From NCBI GenBank assembly GCA_965277805.1, contig OZ255842.1, positions 3,808,001-3,872,000 of the forward strand: DNA of 64,000 nucleotides. The letters run 5' to 3'. The notes beneath the pieces were generated by a model. It made no database searches. It saw nothing but the letters and a program-made list of their open reading frames with translations, and was not told the origin of the DNA. This document shows, piece after piece, positions 10,707 to 19,827 of the stretch. The stretch comes from Candidatus Lustribacter sp. (GTDB taxonomy: Bacteria; Vulcanimicrobiota; Vulcanimicrobiia; Vulcanimicrobiales; Vulcanimicrobiaceae). The position numbers were made by a program, and so were the translations under genes. Within the stretch, counting starts at the first letter, position 1, and each line of letters begins with the position of its first letter.

Positions 10707-11390
10707 TCACAAGCCGCCGGCAGATTTAACGAGCGGCGCTTTCCCGACCTCGAACGATCGAATTCCAGACGTGCGCGCGATTTCAGCTTCCAATTCCGCA
10801 TTGCTATTTACGTGAAGGCCTTTTGTTTTCATCGCCACCATGCTTACGTTCTTATTGTCAATGCGCGATAGCAGTCGTTTGGTCTTCACGTCAGCCGAGG
10901 AGAGCCGCCGACCAAGTTGCGTAGCGATTAGCACCGCGTCCACTTGATGCGCCAAATTGAAAGCGAGATTCGATGTAGGGAGCGCATCCGCCGCAATCAC
11001 TGTAATCTCGTAAAGTGAGCGCAATTCTGATACGGTCTGCGCTAAGGCTCGGCTATTACGGCTAGCTCGCGCGGAGAATGCAATCGTCTCAAAGTTCCTT
11101 TGTTGCGCCCTAAAAACTCTGGCATTCGCTAGGCCTCGATTCGCGGGATCACCCTCGCTAATGTCAACTCCAAGTTGGTCGCCGATGGCAGGGTTACGAA
11201 AGCTGAAGTCCGCAAGGGCACTGCGATAACCAAGCTCTGCATAGGCGCGGGCCACTCCGCACGCGAGAAACTTCGCGCCATCGTTCTCACAGGCCGAACT
11301 CACCAGTATGACAATGGAGTCGCCCTCACCGGGATCGATCGAAGCACAGATCGCCTGAAATTCTTCGTCAAGTCCGCGAACTACGCGCAT
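10707..11390 (-). CDS. CpsD/CapB (BY-kinase) homolog with degenerate catalytic motifs
   Basis: ILVSSACENDGAK, LADFSFRNP, VDAVLIA; TAATG overlap with the upstream co-polymerase. Confidence 0.7.
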   Translation of the reverse strand: MRVVRGLDEEFQAICASIDPGEGDSIVILVSSACENDGAKFLACGVARAYAELGYRSALADFSFRNPAIGDQLGVDISEGDPANRGLANARVFRAQQRNFETIAFSARASRNSRALAQTVSELRSLYEITVIAADALPTSNLAFNLAHQVDAVLIATQLGRRLSSADVKTKRLLSRIDNKNVSMVAMKTKGLHVNSNAELEAEIARTSGIRSFEVGKAPLVKSAGGL

Positions 11391-12754
11391 TAGTGTGCCC
11401 CCACGGTAGCAATAACAGGTCTCCCGTAGAACGTTTCTACATCGTCTACACTGTCTAAGCGCTTATCCAGCCGATCGATTAGGACAGCCAGCGAGACTGC
11501 GAGCCACAAGCCAAGTGCCAAAAACGCAACGCTGAGTACCCGGGGTGTCGTCCATATAACTGAACTAGCGCTAACGGCTGGGTCGATAACGGTCACGATT
11601 CCCGTTGAACCGGCTCGACTCTGGTCCGCAATGGTCTCTGCGAGCCGTTGGGATAGCGATGACATCGTTTGCTCATCCGATTGGCGATTTCTTCGCAACT
11701 CCGCCACGGACACGCCGTCACTCGCACTCGTTGCAAGATGTTGCTGGACGGTATTGATCTGGTCGTCTATGGCGGCGACGCGAGCTCGGTCAGCATCATA
11801 AATCGCGCTAGCTTGGTTGACTTCAGTAATAGCGTGCGAATAGTCCAGACTTGCCGCCGGCGAACTCCGCGACAAAATCTCGGACGAGCGGTTTGCAAGC
11901 GAAACGGCATCGCGATCTATAATGGCCTTGAGCTGGCCGGCACCTGGGTAGTTTTGGGAATACTTTGCCCTGATATCCGCCAAGTGGGCAGCATCGGTCG
12001 AATATTGCTCATTGAGCTTGCCGTAGGTTGGGTCGTCCTTAAGAAGTTCGCCGTCGGCGAGAGGGCGGAGACTAGAAAGTCTTTGATTCGTGATCGCACT
12101 CTGCGCCTTGTCCGCCATCATCGATGCCTGCGCCTGATTGCGACTCAATTCAAGTTGCTGAAGCTCCGAGCTTATGGGCGCCGTACCATTTGCAATGTCT
12201 AGAAATGGGTCAGCGTTCAGTTTAGATTGCAACTTTCTATCAATAACGCTCAATTTTGCATTCGTATCTTGGAGCTGTTTGGTCAACTCTAGGATAAGTG
12301 AATCATATCGTCCTCTGACAATTTCTCGGCTGTAGCGCGATAGCTCCATAGCAGCCATATTCGCACCGCGCACCGCTAGGTCCGCGTCAGACGCTGTGAA
12401 TGAAACCGGCAAAATATTCGTATCGAAGGATACACGCGCATGCAAGGTACTGAGCATTCCTATATGGGTCGGTGGCAGCCCGAGATCGCGGGCTGTCCGC
12501 TCCAGCACTATATTCGTAGTGAGCACTCTAGGAACGTCGTTTGAGGACAGGGCAACGGACGTTCTTGTGGACTCGTTGGTTCCATTCTGCAATCCGGCCG
12601 CTGTATCGTTGAGCAATAGTACCGTGGTGGTTGCGGTATACTGATGCACATACCGCAAGACTAAGGCATACGATAAGAGCATCACAACCGCTACCGCTGC
12701 GATGATCCACCAGCGGCGCGTACATGCCTGAAGAACTTTGGTCACGTCAGTCAT
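11390..12754 (-). CDS. Polysaccharide co-polymerase (Wzz/GumC; Wzc membrane/periplasmic part)
   Basis: RRWWII TM, YTATTTV, coiled coils, VIDPA, C-terminal TM and LDSVDDVETFYGRPVIATV. Confidence 0.85.
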   Translation of the reverse strand: MTDVTKVLQACTRRWWIIAAVAVVMLLSYALVLRYVHQYTATTTVLLLNDTAAGLQNGTNESTRTSVALSSNDVPRVLTTNIVLERTARDLGLPPTHIGMLSTLHARVSFDTNILPVSFTASDADLAVRGANMAAMELSRYSREIVRGRYDSLILELTKQLQDTNAKLSVIDRKLQSKLNADPFLDIANGTAPISSELQQLELSRNQAQASMMADKAQSAITNQRLSSLRPLADGELLKDDPTYGKLNEQYSTDAAHLADIRAKYSQNYPGAGQLKAIIDRDAVSLANRSSEILSRSSPAASLDYSHAITEVNQASAIYDADRARVAAIDDQINTVQQHLATSASDGVSVAELRRNRQSDEQTMSSLSQRLAETIADQSRAGSTGIVTVIDPAVSASSVIWTTPRVLSVAFLALGLWLAVSLAVLIDRLDKRLDSVDDVETFYGRPVIATVGAH

Positions 12755-13395
12755 ACAATAATCCCAATATGAGCGAGATGAGTGCAGATTCACGAGCGGT
12801 TGTAAGACGAGCCAATCCCGACACCGAGCTCGGTCCATGGGGAGAAGATTGCTGGGTCTGTTGCATGACGTAACTTGGACGTTTTACCCAATTTGATTGG
12901 TCGGTCGCGCACGGTCTAAGATGTCTGGAATGCATTTTATTCCTTTGGCGCCCGTCGGACGCGGAGAACACATCCCTGAAAATCGCCACCCGGGACCGTG
13001 ATACGCTGCGATTACCCCCGGCACGGCGCTTCGATTCGGCAACGGAAACATCCAGACCTATGTTGACTCCGAGTCATATCACAGTATGGGTGTTTGCGCA
13101 TACCCCTCATTTCAGGGGGTTATCGAATGCGTGCGACAGCAGCAACACTGATGCAGGCTATGACAGCTTGGCTCCATTTGCGAACCTTCGCACGCCTAGC
13201 CCTTGTTTGGTAGCGCTCACTTCGAAATGCCGGGACGCACTCGCATGGCGAGGAAGTCAGCCACAGACCACGTTCTACGCTGACTGAGTGTGTGAGTTTC
13301 CATACCGACAATGATTAAGCTCGGAAACGGACCGAAGCACGGCGAAAGAAGATGCGAAGGTATTGATCGAGTAAAGTAAAAGGGCGCTACGCCTC

Positions 13396-14556
13396 ATGCA
13401 TGGCAGGACACATTCTAGACGCAACCTACTGCTTACGTTCGATTTTCCCCCATCAGTTGGCGGCGTGCAGCAGTACTACAGTCAACTTTTCGGGCAGGGT
13501 GGAATCGGAGACGTAACCGTTCTCACGCAGCGCCTGAATACTAACGACGCCGCATTCGATGAAACATTTCCCGGAGAGATCCGGCGCCTACGAGGCGGCA
13601 CGAGTGTCAGGGCCACGCTGACCTTTTTTCTATCTATTATCTTCGAATTACCGCGGCGGTTATCGAAGCCCTATGTGTTACATGTCGGTCATGTTGCACT
13701 GGCGCCGGCGCTCATACCATTTTTCCCGTTTTTAAGAGGACCGATTGTCGTTTGGTGTCATGCGCTTGAATTGACACATCCTGCTTTTCGCTTGAGTACA
13801 AAGGTGCTTCTTGGACGCGCGGATCGGGTGGTTGTTGTTAGCGAGTACACGCGCAGATTGGCCATCGAGGCCGGCGCGCGACCTGAAAAACTAGTCAAGA
13901 TATCGCCGGGCGGTGACAATCTAGCGCACCAGTTCCAAGCTAGCTCGACGGGCTTTCGTCAGAGCCATGCCATAGGACAGGACGAGTTCTTCATACTTTC
14001 CGTCTCACGAGTATCGTCTCATCATCGGTATAAGGGGTTCGACCGTGTTGTCGAGGTAGCGCAGATCCTCATCGCAGAAAATTTGCCAATTCGATGGGTC
14101 GTGGTCGGCGACGGAAATGAGCTGGATCGTTTTCGCGATATCGCAAACCAGCCAACCCTGGACGGACGAATAAACTTTCTAGGTCGCCTAGATGATGAAT
14201 CCTTAGCTCAGGCCTATGCAGAATGCGACTTATTTTGCCTGCTAAGTAGAGATGAGCACACCTCTAGAGGCGTACTTTCGGACGGTTTCGGGATTGTATA
14301 CGTACAGGCTGGGAGTTTCGGAAAGCCCGTGGTCGGGCTTCGAAGAGGCGGGGTACCCGACGCAGTATTGCACGAAATGACCGGCGTTTTAGTTGACAAC
14401 GATGACGCCGCCGATATCGCTGCGGCGATTCGCGATCTTGTTTCGGATCCGGTTCGACGCCATCGATTAGGCGAAAACGGTCGCGCTAGAGCGCTTGGTG
14501 CCGCAAGTTGGGCCACGGCGCGCGACCGGCTCCGCCAATTGCTTGCTTCTCTCTGA
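13396..14556 (+). CDS. GT4 glycosyltransferase (PimB-like)
   Basis: DFPPSVGGVQ, YKGFD, DGFGIVYVQAGSFGKPVVG; the usual EX7E appears as DX7Q. Confidence 0.9.
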   Translation: MHGRTHSRRNLLLTFDFPPSVGGVQQYYSQLFGQGGIGDVTVLTQRLNTNDAAFDETFPGEIRRLRGGTSVRATLTFFLSIIFELPRRLSKPYVLHVGHVALAPALIPFFPFLRGPIVVWCHALELTHPAFRLSTKVLLGRADRVVVVSEYTRRLAIEAGARPEKLVKISPGGDNLAHQFQASSTGFRQSHAIGQDEFFILSVSRVSSHHRYKGFDRVVEVAQILIAENLPIRWVVVGDGNELDRFRDIANQPTLDGRINFLGRLDDESLAQAYAECDLFCLLSRDEHTSRGVLSDGFGIVYVQAGSFGKPVVGLRRGGVPDAVLHEMTGVLVDNDDAADIAAAIRDLVSDPVRRHRLGENGRARALGAASWATARDRLRQLLASL

Positions 14557-15341
14557 ACCCCGTCTGGCACGCTCCGGCACGCTTGACTGTAGACTTCATT
14601 GGCAGTCCGGCTGGTGTGTTTTCTCGCATGTGATTTGGGCAGGCTGCGCTGACGCATCTAGCACATTCGTCCGATCGTCCGATGTTTTTGCGATCGACGT
14701 TTCTGCGCTGACACCCGCTAGTTGTGGTTATTTTAAAAGGGAATGAGCAAGCGGTTAGCCGGTCGATTATAAGCGTGCAATCACACGTACGCTTGAGTCC
14801 ATACTCTTAATCGTTCGTTCAACGAAACACATTTCAACTAGGGACATTTGGCCCGTTACAGCGTGCCCGAAATCCCTTATAAACTTGTCACAGCGATTCA
14901 CCGCAAAGCACGTCGGCGACGAGCAAGTTCGATGAATCCAAATAAAGTTCGCATTCCATAGGCCAACGGCAATCCGTAACTTTCATGTGGTCAGCGGGAG
15001 CAATTCAGCACTGGCAAGTTCTTCAGCGTGCCAGGAAACGTGGAGCGGTCAGCGTGCTTCGTTTTACCGGACCGACGTCGGGAAAGGCCGGCACATCAAG
15101 CTTTTCACACCCGCCTGCAAGTCCAATTTAAAATCTTGAGGGCTCAATGTGGGAGCTATGACGCAGGAGGCGCTTGCCGCCTGACAGCGGCTTCGATAAA
15201 CATTGCTTGCCTTTATCCAACTTTTTTCGAGCGCCCTCCGCTATTTATTCAAGGTCGTTTGAGTGATAACTCTGATTCTTTTAAATTTTGCCCGCTCTTC
15301 CGTACCAACGCCCGACTCTTCGATGGAGCCAGCTGATCATT

Positions 15342-16658
15342 ATGGCTCATGACATTTGCGTCATCGGCACCGGGTACGTCGGAATGGCGTCGATGATCGG
15401 CCTCGCGGAACTCGGTTGGGGCGTAAACGGCTACGATATCATGCCCGATCGCATTCGAAAGCTACAAGAAGGCGTCGCGCCTTACCGCGAGGCTGGTCTC
15501 GAGGATGCGTTGAGGAAGCACGTTGCTGTTGGCCGTCTCGCATTTTTTGAGTCTCTTGAAGAGGCCACGATCGAATGTTCGCTCGTAATCATTGCAGTCG
15601 GCACGCCAACACGAGATGACGGTTCGGCCGACTTGTCGTCATTGTTCGCTGCTATTGAGGCACTTTCCAAGATTCGATTCGCCGAAAGGCCGACAGTGGT
15701 CGTTCGCTCGACTGTGCCCCCTGGAACCTGCGATAGCCTAGCAGCACTGACCCTGGGATGGGCGGATCTTGTACATGCGCCGGAATTTCTGCGCGAGGGC
15801 TCAGCCGTCTACGACTTCCTTCATCCTGACCGCATCGTCGTTGGGGCAGAAACAACGGCAGCCGCCATTCCCTACGTCACGTTGCTTGCATCGCTGCAGG
15901 TTCCAGTCGTGTTTACGTCACCGTGCAATGCGGAACTAATTAAGTGCTGTTCGAACGCGTTCCTCGCGATCAAAATAAGCTTTGCAAATGAGGTCGCCAA
16001 TCTTTGTGAAGCACTCGGTGGCACGTCCGAAGACGTACTTCGTACAATTGGCTACGACCATCGAATCGGTTCTGATTTCTTAAAGCCTGGAATCGGCTTT
16101 GGAGGCCCATGCCTCGAAAAGGACGTCAAGAGCATTCGCTATGTGGCTGGTGTCCACAATGTTGGTCGTGAGCTATTCACCGCAACGCTACGAGTCAACG
16201 AAACACAGCAGCTTCGAATCGTCAAACTAATAGAAGATGAGGTCTCGACGCTCGTTGGCCTGACGATCGGCGTTTGGGGTCTTACATTCAAAGCCGGTAC
16301 GGACGACGTTCGCGATTCACTCGCGCTGCGTATCATTGAGATGATGGTGAGGCGAGGGGCAACCGTCGTTGCATACGATCCTGCGGTTCACGTGACTACT
16401 CTCCCAAATGGGAGTCGCCTTGCCTCATCTGCACTCGAAGCCGCTAATGCTGACGTCCTGGTCGTGCTCACCGATTGGCCCGAATTTCATGCGATAGCGC
16501 CAATTGACTACGCCTCATCGATTCGCCGCGGAATCGTGATAGATGGCCGAAATATCCTCGACGCGCAGCGAGTAAGTGCAGCGGGACTGACTTACCGTGG
16601 CGTCGGCCGTCCACGAGACGCTGTTCTACAAGCGTTACCAGTCGCGGCGGGCAGCTGA
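15342..16658 (+). CDS. ugd: UDP-glucose 6-dehydrogenase
   Basis: GTGYVG, AVGTP, STVPPG, PEFLREG, GFGGPCLEKD, FKAGTDDVRDS. Confidence 0.93.
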   Translation: MAHDICVIGTGYVGMASMIGLAELGWGVNGYDIMPDRIRKLQEGVAPYREAGLEDALRKHVAVGRLAFFESLEEATIECSLVIIAVGTPTRDDGSADLSSLFAAIEALSKIRFAERPTVVVRSTVPPGTCDSLAALTLGWADLVHAPEFLREGSAVYDFLHPDRIVVGAETTAAAIPYVTLLASLQVPVVFTSPCNAELIKCCSNAFLAIKISFANEVANLCEALGGTSEDVLRTIGYDHRIGSDFLKPGIGFGGPCLEKDVKSIRYVAGVHNVGRELFTATLRVNETQQLRIVKLIEDEVSTLVGLTIGVWGLTFKAGTDDVRDSLALRIIEMMVRRGATVVAYDPAVHVTTLPNGSRLASSALEAANADVLVVLTDWPEFHAIAPIDYASSIRRGIVIDGRNILDAQRVSAAGLTYRGVGRPRDAVLQALPVAAGS

Positions 16659-16761
16659 GAGTAATGCTGCTCAAAATGGCTTTCGAAAAGGGTGCCACCA
16701 GCCAGACGTCAAGTGCACTCGACGGACCAGCGTACGCGTTCAGCTTTCTGCGCATAATTCG

Positions 16762-17736
16762 ATGCTGAACATCATCACCGGAGGCGCCGGCTTCCTCGGT
16801 AGCCACTTAGCAAACGCGCTTGTTAACGACGGCGAACAAGTTGTCATCGTCGACAATCTCTCGTCCGGGCAAGTCCGTAATCTATCGCACTCTATTACAT
16901 CAGGGCGGGCTACGTACGTCTTTGGCGACGTAGCAGTTTCGGCAGATCGCATTACCTCACTCCTAAATGACGCAGTCCTCGGCGCCCGCGTAGACCGAAT
17001 TTGGCACCTCGCATCGCCTGCGAGTCCCGAAGCGTACAGCAGCCATCCATGGGAAACCCTTGCAGTCAATAGCTTAGGCACGATGTCGTTAATTGAGTAC
17101 GGACTGGCGCACGGCGCCAGGTTTTTGTTCGCGTCAACTTCAGAGATATACGGGGATCCACTGATCCATCCGCAGCCAGAATCGTACTACGGCAACGTGG
17201 ATCCTATAGGGCCACGCAGTTGCTACGACGAGGGTAAACGCTTTGGAGAGGCCGCCGTTGCCACCGCCGTCCGCTCCCGTGGCCTCGATGGCCGCATAGT
17301 TCGTCTGTTCAATTGCTATGGCCCAATGATGAATCAGCTCGACGGTCGTCTCATTCCTGGACTCATTGATGCGATCCTCAATGCTGCTCCGTTTCCGATT
17401 CAGGGAAACGGCAAGCAAACTCGGTCGATGACTTATGTCGACGACGCGATCGCACTCCTACGTCTCGTAATGGAAAGACCACAGAAGACGCTTCAGCCCG
17501 TGAATGTCGGCAATGATGATGAACGGACGGTCGAGGATATCGCTCGAATTTTGGCAAGTGTCTCAGGGTGCGAATACAAGGCAACGTATCTACCTGGGCG
17601 AGAGGCCGATCCGCAGCGCAGGAATCCAGACCTGACCCTAGCCCGCGGCTACGATTGGCATCCGTCCGTTTCACTTGAGGATGGACTGCGCGTAACGTAT
17701 CGCTGGTTCATGGAGAAACGGCTTGCCTTTGCGTAG
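16762..17736 (+). CDS. UDP-glucuronate decarboxylase (UDP-xylose synthase)-like SDR
   Basis: TGGAGFLGSHL, HLASPASP, STSEIYGDP, RSCYDEGKR. Confidence 0.88.
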   Translation: MLNIITGGAGFLGSHLANALVNDGEQVVIVDNLSSGQVRNLSHSITSGRATYVFGDVAVSADRITSLLNDAVLGARVDRIWHLASPASPEAYSSHPWETLAVNSLGTMSLIEYGLAHGARFLFASTSEIYGDPLIHPQPESYYGNVDPIGPRSCYDEGKRFGEAAVATAVRSRGLDGRIVRLFNCYGPMMNQLDGRLIPGLIDAILNAAPFPIQGNGKQTRSMTYVDDAIALLRLVMERPQKTLQPVNVGNDDERTVEDIARILASVSGCEYKATYLPGREADPQRRNPDLTLARGYDWHPSVSLEDGLRVTYRWFMEKRLAFA

Positions 17737-18559
17737 CTCACCGCGTGAACAGGATCAGTTCATTGACCTAAGAATCGCCGACGTAGACGTTAGGGTTACG
17801 GCACCTATTGAGCTAGTCGAGGTTCTAAACGCCACTCTCACACACGTTCCTCGACATCAAGACTCTCCGAAGTTGACCGTTTCGGTTGTTCGATCGGACG
17901 ACGATAGCTGGGCAATTAGGAGCGCGAGCCGTGCCCAAAGTATCTTGGGACCCGAAAGCGCGCCGCCACGAGTTGCGGGAGCGACCGTTTCGACCTTACT
18001 TAGCGACGTGGCTACTTTACGAAAGTACGTCATCCTTCGCGCAGTAGTGGTATCTCGAGGCGCCAAAGCCGTAGCGCTCGTAGGCACCGATTGGGAACCG
18101 TCGCTCTCAATTGCGGGACATCTGCACGTTCGCGGCTGGAAATACCTGGCAAGCGATAATGTTCTCGTTGATCCAAATAGCCTTGAGGTCATTCCTTTCC
18201 AGAAATCCCTCTACGTTAACTCCACATCGCTTTCACACGTTCCAGAAGCCTATCGCGGCGCCGTCGAAAGATCTCCATGGTACGTCACATCAAAGGGAAT
18301 CTCTTTTTATGCGGTCGACCCGACACGTGTGGGTCGCGGTGAAACGTGGGCATCGGTCGCAACGCTTCGCGGGATCTTATCTGTTCAGAGCGTTACTGAA
18401 CGGCGAACGGTACTCGAGAATCTACGCAATGAAACCCATGGGCTCGGTGACTATGTGCCCAGGGATCTCGCGCTAAGCCAATTGGCGACGGCGCGCCTGA
18501 AGCTCGGCAGCTACATTGACGCCTGCGATCTCATCGAGGCATGGCTTGCAGAAATCTAA
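17723..18559 (+). CDS. HprK-related kinase-fold protein with degenerate P-loop
   Basis: LRAVVVSRGAKAVALVGTDWEPSLSIAGHLHVRGWKYLASDNVLVD aligns by eye to LHAAAV..G.AV.L.G.SG.GKST...RGW.YLSDD. Confidence 0.55.
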   Translation: MPLRSSPREQDQFIDLRIADVDVRVTAPIELVEVLNATLTHVPRHQDSPKLTVSVVRSDDDSWAIRSASRAQSILGPESAPPRVAGATVSTLLSDVATLRKYVILRAVVVSRGAKAVALVGTDWEPSLSIAGHLHVRGWKYLASDNVLVDPNSLEVIPFQKSLYVNSTSLSHVPEAYRGAVERSPWYVTSKGISFYAVDPTRVGRGETWASVATLRGILSVQSVTERRTVLENLRNETHGLGDYVPRDLALSQLATARLKLGSYIDACDLIEAWLAEI

Positions 18560-18636
18560 GGTCCATCACCAAATGGTTCACCTCCTTATACAATTACTAA
18601 CGGCAGAATGATCGTAAACTGAGGACTACGAACGTT

Positions 18637-19791
18637 TTGGAACGACCGAGGTCGGACAAGCGTATATGGGACCGGCCGCGTGTTGCAATTGTTTCGGACG
18701 CCTTGGTACAGCGCGGCGGGGCGGAACGCTGTGTCGAGGTTATGGCCGGCATGTTCCCCGACGCACCTGTATTTGCGCTGCTCTATTCGGACAAGCTAGC
18801 GCCGGCATCACTGGCGAAGCGAGTCGTCGTGTCGCCGCTTCAGAAGGTCCCTGGCGCAGTTCGAAAGCATCGCCTGTTTCTTCCACTGTATCCGGCTGCA
18901 ATCGAATCCTTTGATCTGTCGCCGTATGACGTCATCCTCTCCTCCCATCATACAGTAGCGAAGGGACTTCTTCGAAACGCCGATCAGTACCATCTTTGCT
19001 ATTGTCACACGCCAATGCGAGCGCTATGGGAAAGGCCAGCAGCCGAACTCAAAGAACTTCCTGGGGTCTTGCGACCCTTAGGGCAACAGATTTTCGGTCA
19101 GCTGCGTCTCTGGGACCTTGCAGCGACATCTCGTGTCGATCGTTTCATCGCAAACAGCGAGACAACACGACGTCGAATTGCCAAGCACTATCAGCGGGAA
19201 AGTAGCGTGCTGAATCCACCCATAGACGTCGAGCATTTCACTCCCGGCCCGACTCAGGAACCTGAAGATTATTATCTCGTTGTTTCACGGCTGGTTCCTT
19301 ATAAGCGCGTGGACCTCGCTGTCGCAGCAACCGGGTCCGCTGATAGAAAGTTAATCGTCGTCGGCGCCGGCCCGAATCATAAAAGCATGAGGGGAGCGAG
19401 GCACGTTGAGTATCGTGGCCACGTGTCAGACGCGGAACTCTTAACTTTAATGCGAAATGCACGAGCCCTGATTTTCCCAGCGCTCGAAGATTTTGGGATG
19501 GCACCAATTGAAATGATGGCTTGCGGACGCCCTGTGATTGCGTACAGGGCTGGCGGGCTATCCGAAACAATTATCGACGGAGTTACCGGCGTTTTCGCCG
19601 ATCATCAGACAGAACAGTCTTTTGCGGAAGCCCTTCATCGCTTCGAGGGAACCGGATTCGATCGCTTCCGCATCCGTAATCATGCCGAAGGCTTCTCTAA
19701 GAAGCGCTTTGTGTCAGCGCTTCATGGCTTCGTTAATACCGCATTTAGTGAGCTTCAGGAATCACTTCTGCGAACAAGCGCAAAGCTCTGA
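18637..19791 (+). CDS. GT4 glycosyltransferase (WbaZ-like)
   Basis: GGAERC, YCHTPMR, SRLVPYKRVD, EDFGMAPIEMMACG. Confidence 0.92.
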   Translation: MERPRSDKRIWDRPRVAIVSDALVQRGGAERCVEVMAGMFPDAPVFALLYSDKLAPASLAKRVVVSPLQKVPGAVRKHRLFLPLYPAAIESFDLSPYDVILSSHHTVAKGLLRNADQYHLCYCHTPMRALWERPAAELKELPGVLRPLGQQIFGQLRLWDLAATSRVDRFIANSETTRRRIAKHYQRESSVLNPPIDVEHFTPGPTQEPEDYYLVVSRLVPYKRVDLAVAATGSADRKLIVVGAGPNHKSMRGARHVEYRGHVSDAELLTLMRNARALIFPALEDFGMAPIEMMACGRPVIAYRAGGLSETIIDGVTGVFADHQTEQSFAEALHRFEGTGFDRFRIRNHAEGFSKKRFVSALHGFVNTAFSELQESLLRTSAKL

Positions 19792-19827
19792 CAATATCAG
19801 CACGTCGATATTGTTCCGACCTCGGTA

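Noticed and set aside
13209-13255. GAAA...GGGACGCA resembling a c-di-GMP-I riboswitch
   Set aside because: Lacks the GCAAA elements, and the P2 stem does not pair.
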